A stretch of DNA of 64,000 bases. Origin: Fistulifera solaris. Lineage: Eukaryota. The position numbers were made by a program, and so were the translations under genes. Shown here in pieces: positions 47,613-59,548 of the stretch (positions within the stretch are counted from its first letter, which is position 1; the number at the start of each line of letters is the position of its first letter). Under the pieces are notes generated by a model. That model ran no database searches. It saw only the letters and a list, made by a program, of their open reading frames with translations, and was not told the origin of the DNA. The stretch lies in contig AP026123.1 of NCBI GenBank assembly GCA_030295235.1, positions 1,550,001-1,614,000 on the forward strand, written 5' to 3'.

Positions 47613-50600
47613 ATGGTCAAAGAGAAACGAAAAGGTCGGCTCGACAAATCCGCAGGAGCAGGAACGGCGCATGCTGAATTCATCGGCTTTTCCTCCTTTG
47701 CGAACAGTGCCTCTGCGTCAGAGGCGTCGTCGCCCTCCTCCTCGTGGTCCCCCATTTATACGGGAAGTGATGAAACGTTGCAGTTACTATTCCCTCGAAT
47801 CAGTCAAAAGCGCGATGCCACCACCAAAGTCAAGGCGCTGCAGCAACTGCAATCGTTCTTGTCGTCTTCGTCCTCGAATGCCGATGCCGATCGAAGTTTA
47901 CGTCGACAACAGGTCGAGGCCATCCAACATTTTGCATGGTTGTATTACCAAAAATTGCACTTTGATGCGAGTCCCGTCGTTCGTGCGGCTGCTTTGGAAG
48001 TGTGGGTGCGAGCCTACGATCGCATCCCCAAGGCGGTGGCGCAATTGGTGACCAGCGTGCAACCCGAGCTACTGGGAATGATGTATACCGCCAGTCAGGC
48101 GGACCGAGGATTGCAAAGCCAGCACGCGGCTTCCATTCAACAGCTGATTGAACGTCAGCCGGATTGGCCGTGGGAACACGGTTTGGTGGAGTTGTACGCG
48201 TTGCGGATGTTGTCGTTTGGTCGAAGTTCGGCCATGCATGAGGCGCTGTTTGCGAAGAAAAACACGAAAGTTGACGATCCTTCGTCCAAGGTCGAAATGT
48301 CGGAATCGCATAAAGATGCGGCCGAAGAGCAGTTTGAACGCATTGTAGGAACGTGCATTGATGCGCTTCGTGTGTGGATATCCTCCGCAGTGAAACAAAA
48401 CGAGAAACGGGATACGTCCATCTGGTGGAAAACACTGGCGTCTGGATTGCCTGCGTTACGCCTTAAGACTTTACATTTGCTGATGTCATGCTGTCAAAAT
48501 AAAGTTGCGATACCATCGCAAGTGGCAAATATGCTGAACCAAGAGCTTTCGTCGGAACGCCACGTCACCAATGTACCGGCTGCGATCAATGCTTTGGTCG
48601 CGTATCTATCGTTTCTCCGACAATATCCCGATGAAAAGGTAGATGTCTCATCGTTTGTCAAGCCGGTCACCAAGATTTTGAAGAAGGCGTGCTACGGCGC
48701 GCCAGCCATCGATTGGGCACCGGCTTTATTGCCGCTCTCGTTTTTGCTGGGAACGGTTAAGGCGGAATACACGAACACAATTTTGGCAGCGGCGTGGGAT
48801 GGAAGAAGTCTAGTTCTTGGTGGAGACCGTGATCGGTTCACATTGGCAAAAGCTATGGCGGAATCTGTTTCTCACTGGCTGCTGCTACCGAGGCCATCCC
48901 TCACCGACAATCTCGAAGAGCAATTAACATTGTCAATACCCGCTCGAGAGTTAGTGTCGCTGTGGGCGGAGGCGTTTCACTTTTCTTTGTCGGTTCGACT
49001 AGATCCATCAAAGACATCACCTCTTGCGGTGGCACAATCGGTTTTACTAGACCAGTTGTACAGTGATATGGTTCGATTTTATCAAGCAACCGATGGGAGC
49101 GACAGCGCGTTTAAGTGCCTGATCGATCAGGACATGTTCTGGACCGAGTCCTTTACTGTGGATGAGTGTGATCTTGAAACGATGTCGGTCTTTTTGGAAC
49201 GTCTTACAAGTTTTACTGGAAAAGACAAAATGATGCCTAAAGTGCGAAAACTTTTTCATGACACTCTGACGCCTTACCAGCAGTCTTCGGGAGCCTCTCC
49301 ATCGGAGGAAACTTATCGTTTCTGTTGCTCGGCATTAAGATGTTATAGTGCTCGAAGTCTGTTTGACGAGAAAGACGAACAGCTGAAAAAGTTTATCTTG
49401 AATGATTTGTTGCGGTGGATGATCTTGCATACAAGTCGTATTTCGGAGGTTGTACAATCGTCATGGACTGTCGAACGCGATTTCGAGTTTTTGTATTATA
49501 CATTACGCGGCCTTCCTGGACGACAAGAGCTTTGGAATGTCATAGTGCGTGAACTAATTTCCGCAGAATGCGATCTTAAGTATTTTACGATCGGTCTTGA
49601 CTTTCTTCTTTCAACTTTCAAAGACGACACGGCCTGGATTGCCTGCTCTTTCCTGTCTCAATTTGCTGTGTCACAAGGAAAATACGTTAGTCAGCTTGAT
49701 GAATTCGCTGACCATGAAGAAAGCGAGAAAAAGGATGCGGGCGTTCTAGCACAAGATGAATATGATTCATATCTTCACTTTTTCTCGACGTGCGTCGGAA
49801 TTCCCGTCCGAAATAGTATCGGCGATGAAAAACGGTTTGTCGAATACTCCGGCAAAGCGTGTGAGTGCCAGCCTGCGCTGATAGGTCACAACGACTTTAA
49901 GGAGTGGATAGATTCAGCGACTACATCATCGCACTCAAAAATTTCGCCACTTTTGGAGACGCTCATGCAGATGATGGTAATTGGGAAGAAAGGTCCAGGA
50001 CTTGATGTGCCGTTTGCCATGTCGGAGGACGACCAAGTCGGTATTTTATTGCAAGCATGGAAGATCAGCGGAAATGACTGTGGTAGCTTTCTCGAATACC
50101 AACTTTCTCAAGACAGCTCGCTACAAGGTCGATTCTTGACTTCTGCGTCGGAGCATTTGTCTAAAGAGCTCTCTGGTGTACTTGAAAGTGATCGCAAATC
50201 TGGCAGGTCTCTTAGCCAATGGGTGTTTCATGCGTGTCGTCTTTTCAGTCTTACCGAGGTGGCTAATCAAGCGAATGCACATCTAGCTGCACAAGTTCGA
50301 CGTAGTATTCTACTCCAGCATGGCGAAGATTCGGATCCGTTTGCGCTTTGGAAAGCTTACAAAACTCTTATGTGCAGTTGCGCTATTGCATTTTTTAACG
50401 AACTGCCATCTTCGTCGCAACGCGTATCTGCTCTACTAGGTGATGCGCGCGACTTGTCCGACGAATCAAACATGAACACTATCCTTCTTCTTCTCATGCA
50501 TGCAACTGAAACGTTCCAGCTACCTTCATTGAGTACATCGTTCCATAGAAATGGAATGAGTAGACAACTTTTGAGTTACTCGTCGGTAATGGAGGCTTAG

Positions 50601-52993
50601 ATCGGGAATTTCTTCGGGCTGCTGCTGACAGATTGATATTAGATTTGAACATGAAACTCACTGGAGGAGATAGCAAAGAAAGCATCAATGAAGCACTGAA
50701 AATATTTTCTGTTCTTTCCGTCGTTATAATGTGCTTGTTTGGGTCACCCTCTAATTTCTCGCAACTTTCTCCCGAAGATATTGTGGAAGGTGAAGAAGTC
50801 CAATATATTATCAATCCTGAACAACCCAATAAAACAGTCCCGGCCAAGGTAAAGAAAGTGCATTTCGACTCTCAAACCGGCTTTTACTACTCAATTGCTA
50901 TCGTCGGTCAATGTGAGACTACTGAGCGCCAGACGGTGCTCGAAAGATTACGCAAAGACAAGAGTACAACTATAGGACAAAGCAGTGTTCCCGTACTTGC
51001 CGAGGTCGGCTCACAAGCCGAGCGACTTCACATTAGAAATATGATAGTTTCGAAGCTGGTCAAACCTTTTCTCATTCCATCGGTAAACATCACAGCTTTG
51101 GTGCCGCTGCTTGCTGAATTGCTGACCCTTCTCGGGGGTTATGTGGGGTTGGGAGAAGAAAAAGGAATTGGATCTCCAAAGTATGAAGTTCACCAAATTT
51201 TGACTTTGTGCGATTCAAACCTGCAAAAGTCATTAGATTGCGACGATTACGACAGTGCTACTCGACTTCTTTGGTTCTCGTCCCTAGGCCTAGGATACGG
51301 TCTTTATTGCGATACCGTCAGATGGTCTAATCAGGTTCTCCAGCTCAGTTTTACTCACTCACTGAGAGCGATTGACTCCAAGTACAACTCAAAGTGGCCT
51401 TCAGGGAATTTCGAATTGGATTGCGCGGTGCTAAGCTGGCTAACTGGAATCCTGTTTCATATCAATAAGGAGAGCGTAGCGAGCGGAGGGGACTCTGAGA
51501 TGCCCATGACGGTCTTGAATCTGATTTCCAAACTTGCGACAAACGTTCTTTCGGTTGCGATAGACGCCAATTACACCAACGCTGTTAGTATCGGTTCAGT
51601 TGCAATCGAAGAGAGTGCAAAATTTATTAGTCGGAATCCAGAAGCAGCGATGAATGCATTGCCGCTTGCAACAGAATCATTTAGCATGCTAATTCGGTGT
51701 TTCTGCTCTAAGTCTAAAGGCGCGGTGTATTGGAATAAGTCGCCCTCATCAAGTTTGGAAGATGTTATCAATTCGTGTGTGAACAGAGATACACTTCTCT
51801 CGTCTTTCGCTGCCGCATGCAACACACATTTTAAAGAGTTACTCGCAGTGCTCTTCGATCAAGAGAAATGTTACCTTGCTTTCCGTCTGTTACAAATAGC
51901 TTTGGACGTAAGGACGGAATCTCAGACGTCTGAAAATGCTGCGTTTCCGAAATCGCTGTCGTTACGTTTACAAAGGTGGTCGGTGGGACTATCCCCTGAC
52001 GAGATCGAGGAGTTGGAGGAAGACATTTTCATCGTTTCGGAATGGATTCCTGAAAAGATGTTAACGACTATGGAACACTGGGCAACAGAAGATCTGGACG
52101 GCCTAGGTGAAGAACAGACAACAGGGCAGCTATTATCATGGCTCATTTGTTTGAGCACGCTAGAGAAAGCAGCGTCAACAAGCTTTAGGAACCGACCGGC
52201 ATTCGTATCATATCTTTCGAAGTGCGGAGTGTTCAGTCATATTCTCAATCTCGCGCTATTGAACGAAGAAACGGTTAACAGCGGAAAACGAACTTGCCCG
52301 TCGCCTGTGCTTCTCTTTGAAGATCTGCGATTCGACGACGGACACATCCCCTTGTCCGGTATAGCCTCAGTGGTACTGTTTCGAAGCATTGAAATACTTC
52401 CAGCACTCGCAAAGAGATGGTGGGAAGAGGATTGTCCAAAAGTATACATATCTCCGGTGCAGTCTTTTGTTGAAAAGTACGTGGGGCCAAAGATTCTGGA
52501 AAGAGAACTCGAACGGATCAGAAATGCCCCGGGCGTCTTTGGTAACATGAACGTTACCGCGAGCTCAGTTAGTCGCGAAATTAGAGCGGAGTACGTACAG
52601 GATGACTTTACACTCAAGGTTTTGATAAATCTCCCCGCTGCTTTTCCGTTCAGGAGTGCAGAAGTGGACTGCAGCAAGACTCTTGGCGTCCCGCAAAATC
52701 GCTCGAAACGATGGAGCTTGCAAATCATGATGATGTTGAACAGTCAGGGAGGAACCCTTATTGACGCTTTGATTCTTTGGAAGGACAATGTTGATAAAGA
52801 ATTCGAAGGAATCGAAGCCTGTCCTGTCTGTTACTCAGTGCTGCATGTGAAGACGCACAAGCTTCCTGGCTTGCAATGCAAGACTTGCTCCAATCGCTTT
52901 CATAGTGATTGCTTGATGGAGTGGTTTCGAAGTAGCGGGAAGAGCCAATGTGTACTGTGCCAGCAACCTTGGGAAGGAACTCGAGTGCTTTGA
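47613..52993 (+). CDS. LTN1: E3 ubiquitin ligase listerin (ribosome quality control); break at ~50580-50630
   Basis: N-terminal FIGFSSF..KRDATTKVKALQQL..YQKLHFDASPVVR. C-terminal RWD-like region followed by WKDNVDKEFEGIEACPVCYSVLH...CKTCSNRFHSDCLMEWFRSSGKSQCVLCQ. Confidence 0.93.
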
Positions 52994-53203
52994 TACCTTT
53001 CTGACTAGACTAAAGTTTGAAGTAATAAAGCTGCAACAGTTTCACCATGGGCCTATTTTTTGCTTACTTGTATTGTGTGTATTAGCGTTAAAGTTACCCT
53101 CTACAAAAAAATGAGGCGCAAAAGATATTTGCGTTGCCTCCAAACGATGAACGCGATGACGAATGACGAATGATGATTGATTATCTTGTTTGCTAAGAAT
53201 ACG

Positions 53204-53662
53204 ATGAAATTGAACATTTTGTTCTTTTTGTTGAGCGCATCCGTTCCTGTTCATGCTTTCGCAGCTCACAAGAAGAGTCGTCCTCCACGGAAAACCGATG
53301 ACCTGAAACGTTTTGCAGTCAAGGGATACAACGACGACGCCTTTGGTTTGGTGTTTCTTGGAAGTTTATTTGGAGGCCAGGACTTCGTATTCGCATCTAC
53401 CTTTGTTGGTGTCTCCGCCATTGCTGCCACGGCAACCAACATGGGCTACATTCCGAGCCAAGAGGCTCGAGTACCTGGTGCTGTTGCCGTAGTGAATCTA
53501 GCACTTTCCACGCTGCTCAAGCTGACCGTATTCAAAGATGCAGCTACCGATATCCTCCCTTCTGCTATGTTTATTGATGTAGGAGTTAGCACGGCTTCGG
53601 TTGCTTGGTCCTTCACAAAGTGGAAAATGTCGCAACAGAGTGAGAAGAATCAGAAATTCTAA
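53204..53662 (+). CDS. Small plastid-targeted membrane protein
   Basis: Signal peptide MKLNILFFLLSASVPVHA-FAA, a basic transit region and several hydrophobic helices. Confidence 0.7.
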   Translation: MKLNILFFLLSASVPVHAFAAHKKSRPPRKTDDLKRFAVKGYNDDAFGLVFLGSLFGGQDFVFASTFVGVSAIAATATNMGYIPSQEARVPGAVAVVNLALSTLLKLTVFKDAATDILPSAMFIDVGVSTASVAWSFTKWKMSQQSEKNQKF

Positions 53663-53922
53663 TCAAGCAACGGCCGTGCGGACGCGAATAACGTGAAATG
53701 CTGCCATTCATAATAGACAGTAAGAAACACCAACAAACTTGACAAATGGGCAGGACGGATGAAAGTCTAGTCTAGCAGTCTGGCTTGGAATGAAGATGAT
53801 AGTTAGTTCATAGATTGGTTTTTCCATAAGTTTCTAGTGGTTTACTTCGACAAAAATGAATCCCTACAACGTGGATAGGACTTAAAATATGAATCTCAAA
53901 TCGTTATTGTTATTGTTATTAT

Positions 53923-54518
53923 TATACACTTCGCGCTTTTCTTTGAGGGACCACTTTGGTGGCGTTTCAATGCCGTTTTCTTCTTTTGATAGTGACTGAA
54001 ATTATTTAGTCGCGATCGTGTACAACCTACACGTCATCACTATAGTGAAAATGGCAGTTGACGATACGGATGCTTTTCGACGAAATAGTTGCGTTTCGAA
54101 CGAAGATGATAGACCCTAGTTGGCTTACATAATGGTATTTCATAGTATCTGAGTATACACTTCGCGCTTTTCTTTGAGGACCACTTTGGTGGCGTTTCAA
54201 CGCCGTTTTCTTCTCTTGATAGTGACTGAAATTATTTAGTCGCGATCGCGTACAACCTACACTTTACTACTATAGTGAAAATGGCAGTCGACGATACGGA
54301 TGCTTTTCGACGAAAATAGTTGCGTTTCGAATAAAGATGATAGTGAGCCTACAAATTGGCATTTCCATGGTATCTGATTATACATGTCGCGCTTCAGTTT
54401 GAGGACCACTTTGGTGGCGTTTCAACGCCGTCTTCTTCTTTGATAGTGACTGAAATTTAGTCGCGCTCGCGTACAACCAACACTTTACCACTATAGTGAA
54501 AATGGCAGTCGACGATAC
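53923..54518 (-). repeat. Tandem repeat of ~2.6 units of 225-231 bp; reverse-oriented member of the dispersed ~220-bp element family
   Basis: Units start at 53923, 54154 and 54379 (tataca...gaggaccactttggtggcgtttcaa). Each contains gtgactgaaat..ttagtc (reverse motif A) and the first two contain ttttcgacgaaa (reverse motif B). Confidence 0.92.
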
Positions 54519-54680
54519 CACTGCGCACAAAATCCGCCCTATCAGCCGCCCTCATAAACGCTGTTAACAAAAGGCAATGACGCTGAAATATTCTGCTTCT
54601 TGCGTAATAGGTGTTCATTTTCTTTATCATATTATCCATTTTCACGGACATTTACGTCCGCAAAGAAGGTCTGATCGTCA

Positions 54681-55100
54681 ATGACTTCTAGGAAACGTCG
54701 TAGTGACACGGCCATCATTCACACCGCGTCGGAGGCCTCCGCCAACAACACGAAAGTCGAATCATTGCTCGCATCAAACGCCACCGCTCCTCGCATTCGA
54801 GTCCGCATAAGACGCTTTCATGGTGTTGCGCACTGGAGCTGGAACGCGAACGATGAAGTTTGCGGTATTTGCCAGTCTGCTTTCGAAGGAACAGCGCCCG
54901 GCGTGAAATATCCTGGAGAAGATTGCCCGGTTGTATGGGGAAAGTGCGGACATGCATTCCATCTTCAGTGCGTCTCCACCTGGCTAGGGCAAGCAACGAG
55001 CCGTAATTCGTGTCCTATATGCCGACAAGCATGGGAATTTGGACAGAATCCTGTGAATACCGATAATCAGAGAGGAACTACTTCGAATGCGAGTGGATAA
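54681..55100 (+). CDS. APC11: Anaphase-promoting complex subunit 11 (RING-H2)
   Basis: IRRFHGVAHWSW..CGICQSAFEG..PGEDCPVVWGKCGHAFHLQCVSTWL..CPICRQAWEF. Confidence 0.9.
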   Translation: MTSRKRRSDTAIIHTASEASANNTKVESLLASNATAPRIRVRIRRFHGVAHWSWNANDEVCGICQSAFEGTAPGVKYPGEDCPVVWGKCGHAFHLQCVSTWLGQATSRNSCPICRQAWEFGQNPVNTDNQRGTTSNASG

Positions 55101-55159
55101 TTATGAAGTGTTTTCTAGTAGATTTAAGATTTAAAGAGAGCGAGAATCACAAAAGCAAA

Positions 55160-58100
55160 TTATTTTCTAGTCAAAGAATGCCAGCCGTTCCATCCCTCTG
55201 GAGCAATGCCGCCGTGGCTATTCATGAAGTTTATCAAGAAGATACTTGGTCCGTCACCATTTTCCCGCTTCAAATCGTCAGCAGCCTTGGTAAAGTCCTG
55301 ACCGGCATAAATTTGCAGTTCATTGAACTCGTCCTCGAGGTAACCTTCTTCTACTGCAGTTTCAAACATAATGTCATTCGCTCGAGACAGCAATTCTAAT
55401 GCTTTCGGCCAGTCACCCTTCAAGTAAGCTCGATGCCCTTCGCGGTAATATCTCAAGAACTCTTCCGTGATATGCTGCCCCATTGCCTTCAAATCTTGAT
55501 CCGTCGTCCATACGTGACTTCCATATTGGTGTGCATCCAAATCTGCCTGTTCATCTGATCTTCCGTACAGAAAGAAATCAACACCCTTGGCTTTGCAATC
55601 GAACGTGTAAATCCTTTGTATGACCGATGACCCCTTCACCGTAACTGTATCAACGTGGCGCAATTTAGCTCGCGCCGCTTCGCTCATGAGTTCTTGAACG
55701 GCTTGACTAAGCATGATTGTTACACCGTACTGCTTACAAGCACCTGTCATTCGACTTGCCATGTTGACGTGTGGCGACAGATAGGTTGCATCAATCTTGT
55801 ATTCACTTCCGACGGCCCCTTCTACCGCCCAACCTGCATCCATGCCGAAAATCAACGATACGCGAAAGGCGCCCACGCCCGCTGACAGCCGGAAATCCTT
55901 GCTCCAGTCTAGCACTTTTTGATCACGATAGATTCCTGCAAATGATTTCAGCATGCCAATAACTGCCCTATCCGTAAATTCACTGATTCCAGGCAATGAT
56001 TGCAGCGAAAGGCCCATCGCTTTCGTGGCGACTTGCCTATTCTTGCTGTCTTCGATCATCTTACTACTGGACAAATGAGAGCTTCGCGACTTGAGCGCAC
56101 TGGCTCGTTTCGAAGAGCTAGGTGTTTGCCCACTCCAAATCACGTCCTGTGCCTGCTCAAGCTTTTCTATCACCTCTTCAACAAGACCTATACGAAAAAC
56201 CATCAAAAAAGCACTGCCAAGATTCTTATTGCACTGACCGGAATCGTTGAGTCCCCAACGAAACACTTCGTCATGTAAAACTTTCGCAACGTCGTTGATT
56301 AGTTTCATGACATCTCGATTCAAATTGCGCAAAGCATGGTCAAAGCCGTCAATAGCAGCAAAGGCGAATAAAGCGTAGACACTTTTTCCCGGAACGGTTG
56401 GATTGAATACACCCAGCGCCCCCTCCCGTGTTGCAAGATTTGTGGAAATGATATCAGCACCGGCAACACCCCAACACTTTCGCAGCAAATCCGTGATATT
56501 TGTCACAGCAGTGATCAGTTGTTCCGCCTCGTAACTGCCAAGAGAATCACCCACATCGGCCTCATCATCACTATCCTCCTCAAAGTCATTCCCGTCATTC
56601 TTAACATTGGACGCCTTGCGATGCAAGACCCGTGTGTGAGACCTTACCTTGGGCGGGACGAGTGGATTCATCGCATATCTTGCAACGATTTTCAACATGC
56701 GCCGCAATGGCCCGAGTACCAAGATTTCGGCATCACGACGTAGAAAAGACAGCCCTCCCAACACAGAAAGAACGAGGAGCATTTGAAGGAAAAGTGACGA
56801 TAACGACCTGTTCGAAGACTACCCGTGAGTTATGTCACTAGCATGTCTTGTCCCCTGTGATACTTACGCAGTTTTGATCAAATGCGAGTGATTGAAATTA
56901 GCAATCACAGAAAATTCTACCAAGATCGACGGCGGGGTAGAATTACCAGGTAACGATCCGACCCATCCGAGATGCGCCTCCACGTATTCGACTATCGAGC
57001 CTTCCCTGATTCCGTAGGAAGTCGCGACGTCCTCGCCTTCATCAGCTAACAAATTGCTTTGGTCGAGACCACACCGGTATGGCTGCACATCGACACTGAG
57101 CAGAAATGGATCCTCAATCATGTTCCCGTAATGTACGCTTGAAACGCTTCTAGTCCAGGAGTTAATGCTCGAGAGCAAAAATTCACACGTCGAATCAGAG
57201 GTATCGTTCGCGAACATATTAATCGACTGAAGTTGTTGCGTCATTTCAAGGCCAAGGGCATTGATAGCAGAGCTGCTGAGACTGATCAAAACAGGAAAGA
57301 GACCAGTAATGGCCCAAAGAGTTATGAGTGCCCGATAGGAATTTGTCACCATCAAGGCTGTGCCAATATTAGAAGCGTTAATTAACGTCAGTTCCTTGAT
57401 TTTTTCCTCTCTTTTCTCGTCATCAAGTTGGTCATGGTGCGCCAGAGATTTGCGGTCGTGATAGGTGCGCGAACCAAGGGAGGGAATGAGCATCGAAAAT
57501 AGACCTGATCGCTTGACTCTCCATTTCATGTTGATGAAAGTATTAGTTATCCACATGTTTCTCCAATGCCGAACTAGTCCGAATATTCTCAAACGAATGA
57601 GAGCCATGTATGCACGTCCATAGAAGCAATCCCTCCTCGTTGGTCCAACAATACCTAACAAAACCGCGTTATGAAAAGAAAAATCATAACGCTTGCTGCA
57701 AGATTCAGAATTCCAAATGCACAAAAACTCCGGAATGAACACCAGGAGACAGAATGTCTCTACAACCAGATGAAAATTGTTGATGTACCGCAGTGTCGTT
57801 GGCGCGTATGCTTTGTCAGATATAGTAAGCCTCCGAAAACCATCCGGTCGGATGAAAACTTCGGTCACTAGCTCAAAACTAGTACAAGCCACACTCCAAA
57901 GTTGATTGTGGCGACAAGACCATCCGCTTCGGGTGCAAAAAACGCCAAGCGAGCCTGGTCTATGAAGACAAACCACGTACTGCAGAAGACCATCAGGTTG
58001 ACCATTGTGATTCTGAGTCTACAAATAAAGGGCTCTCTTCCATTCAAAATCAGTCTCGCCTTGGCCCTAGCAAAAGCACTCGCTCTTCTCCAGTTTGGAT

Positions 58101-58946
58101 TTACCACGCGCACCCAAAACACGTAGACTAAATCGTATATACAAATGAACGGAAACACCAGGACGTAGCAACAGAACCGAACACACCGAGCCAGGTTGCT
58201 TTCGGGAACTTCCTCCGAAAGATCGTCTTCGAGCGGATCCTTGGTCGTTTCCCCCACCCGCGCCGTCGCCGCTCGCTTCGCCGCCAGTTCCCCTTGCGGG
58301 CTCCGGACCGGTTCCATAAACTCTTGATCCGCCCGTTGATCCGTTTTGGTGTCACAACGTGTGACCGTATAAAAATGGCTGTTTCTTCGAAATGTTTGTG
58401 TTTGACGGTCGCCAGCACGTAGGAATAAGGACCTTTCTGTTCGTCGGACGATTCTCCTTCGCCCGGTGGGAAACCAAAGCGATTCACCAAATTGGCAAAC
58501 TTGGATTGCTGTACACTAATGAGAACGTAATCACCAACATTGTAATTTCGCAACAGTTTCGTTGGTGCGTTGCTGTCCGTCATTCCCTCGTTCTGGGAGT
58601 TTGAGCGCCCCAACCGACTCCGGAGCGGGCGCCGCGCAAATGGACTGATCATCGATTCGCGTCGCTCACCGGTTTGTGATGTTCCGCTATTCGAGCTGAC
58701 ACTGGAGCGTATGGATTGCCGGACGCTATCGGTGAAGTGGCGGCGTTTTCGGGTTGATGCCGGCGTCGCAGTATGAGTTGTTGTATTTGAAAAGGACGGA
58801 GAAGAAAGAGAACTCGATTGTGGTCGTTTCGTGTCATCTAAAATCGCTTTTTTGAGAGTAGCCATTTTGATTCGCATATCAGCTGAGGAATCATTATGCA
58901 CCTGAGAATGCTTCTCAGAGGAATCATCAGGTTGTGGTGCACTCAT
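55160..58946 (-). CDS. Membrane-anchored class III adenylyl cyclase-like protein (ion-transport-like N-terminus, alveolate AC-alpha type); intron 56808-56867; frameshifts at ~58370 and ~57880
   Basis: Multiple TM helices, then LVLGPLRRMLKIVARYAMNPL, GVAGADIISTNL, NPTVPGK, FGMDAGWAVEGAVGSEYKIDATYLSPHVNMASR and LRHVDTVTVKGS. Confidence 0.85.
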
Positions 58947-59548
58947 TTTATAAAGGCGTCAGAGCGGATCGCCTCCTCGTTTCACGGCAATCGAATCGAT
59001 TTAGATGGATGCAGCGTAACTTATCACTGCGTCTATGAAAGCAAGAGTGTGTGAAGAGACATTCAGCAACAAGAAAAGAGACGCTTTACTCTTTATTCCT
59101 GGTATGTCTATCAAAGTTGCTTGTTGCTCAAAGAAGCGCGACAACAACAATAAAGCCCGCGCGTGCGGCACTCAAAAACCTTTTTAATACCTAACTCTAA
59201 TGAACATGTGAACAATCGGGTAGTTATAATTTTTTTGCTTATAACTTATAGTACTCTAAATACTACAGTATGGACAAAATGACCATGTGAAATTTGGAAA
59301 CAGCAACAAGCGGTACCGAATCCGTCATAGGTGCAGATTTTGTTCCTACATTGTACTTAGACGTTTTGAGTCGCGCTTCACTATGTTCTGTGACCTTCAT
59401 GTTCATGACCTTCACTACTTGGTTGACCTTCAGACCATTCCCAAGAACTCATCGTTCATTGTTGCACTTTTGTTTTTGTCCTTCTCCCATTGTATCTCAA
59501 CAAACAAAGCAGCAGCTGAATAGCAATGCTAGCAATACAAACAAAGTC

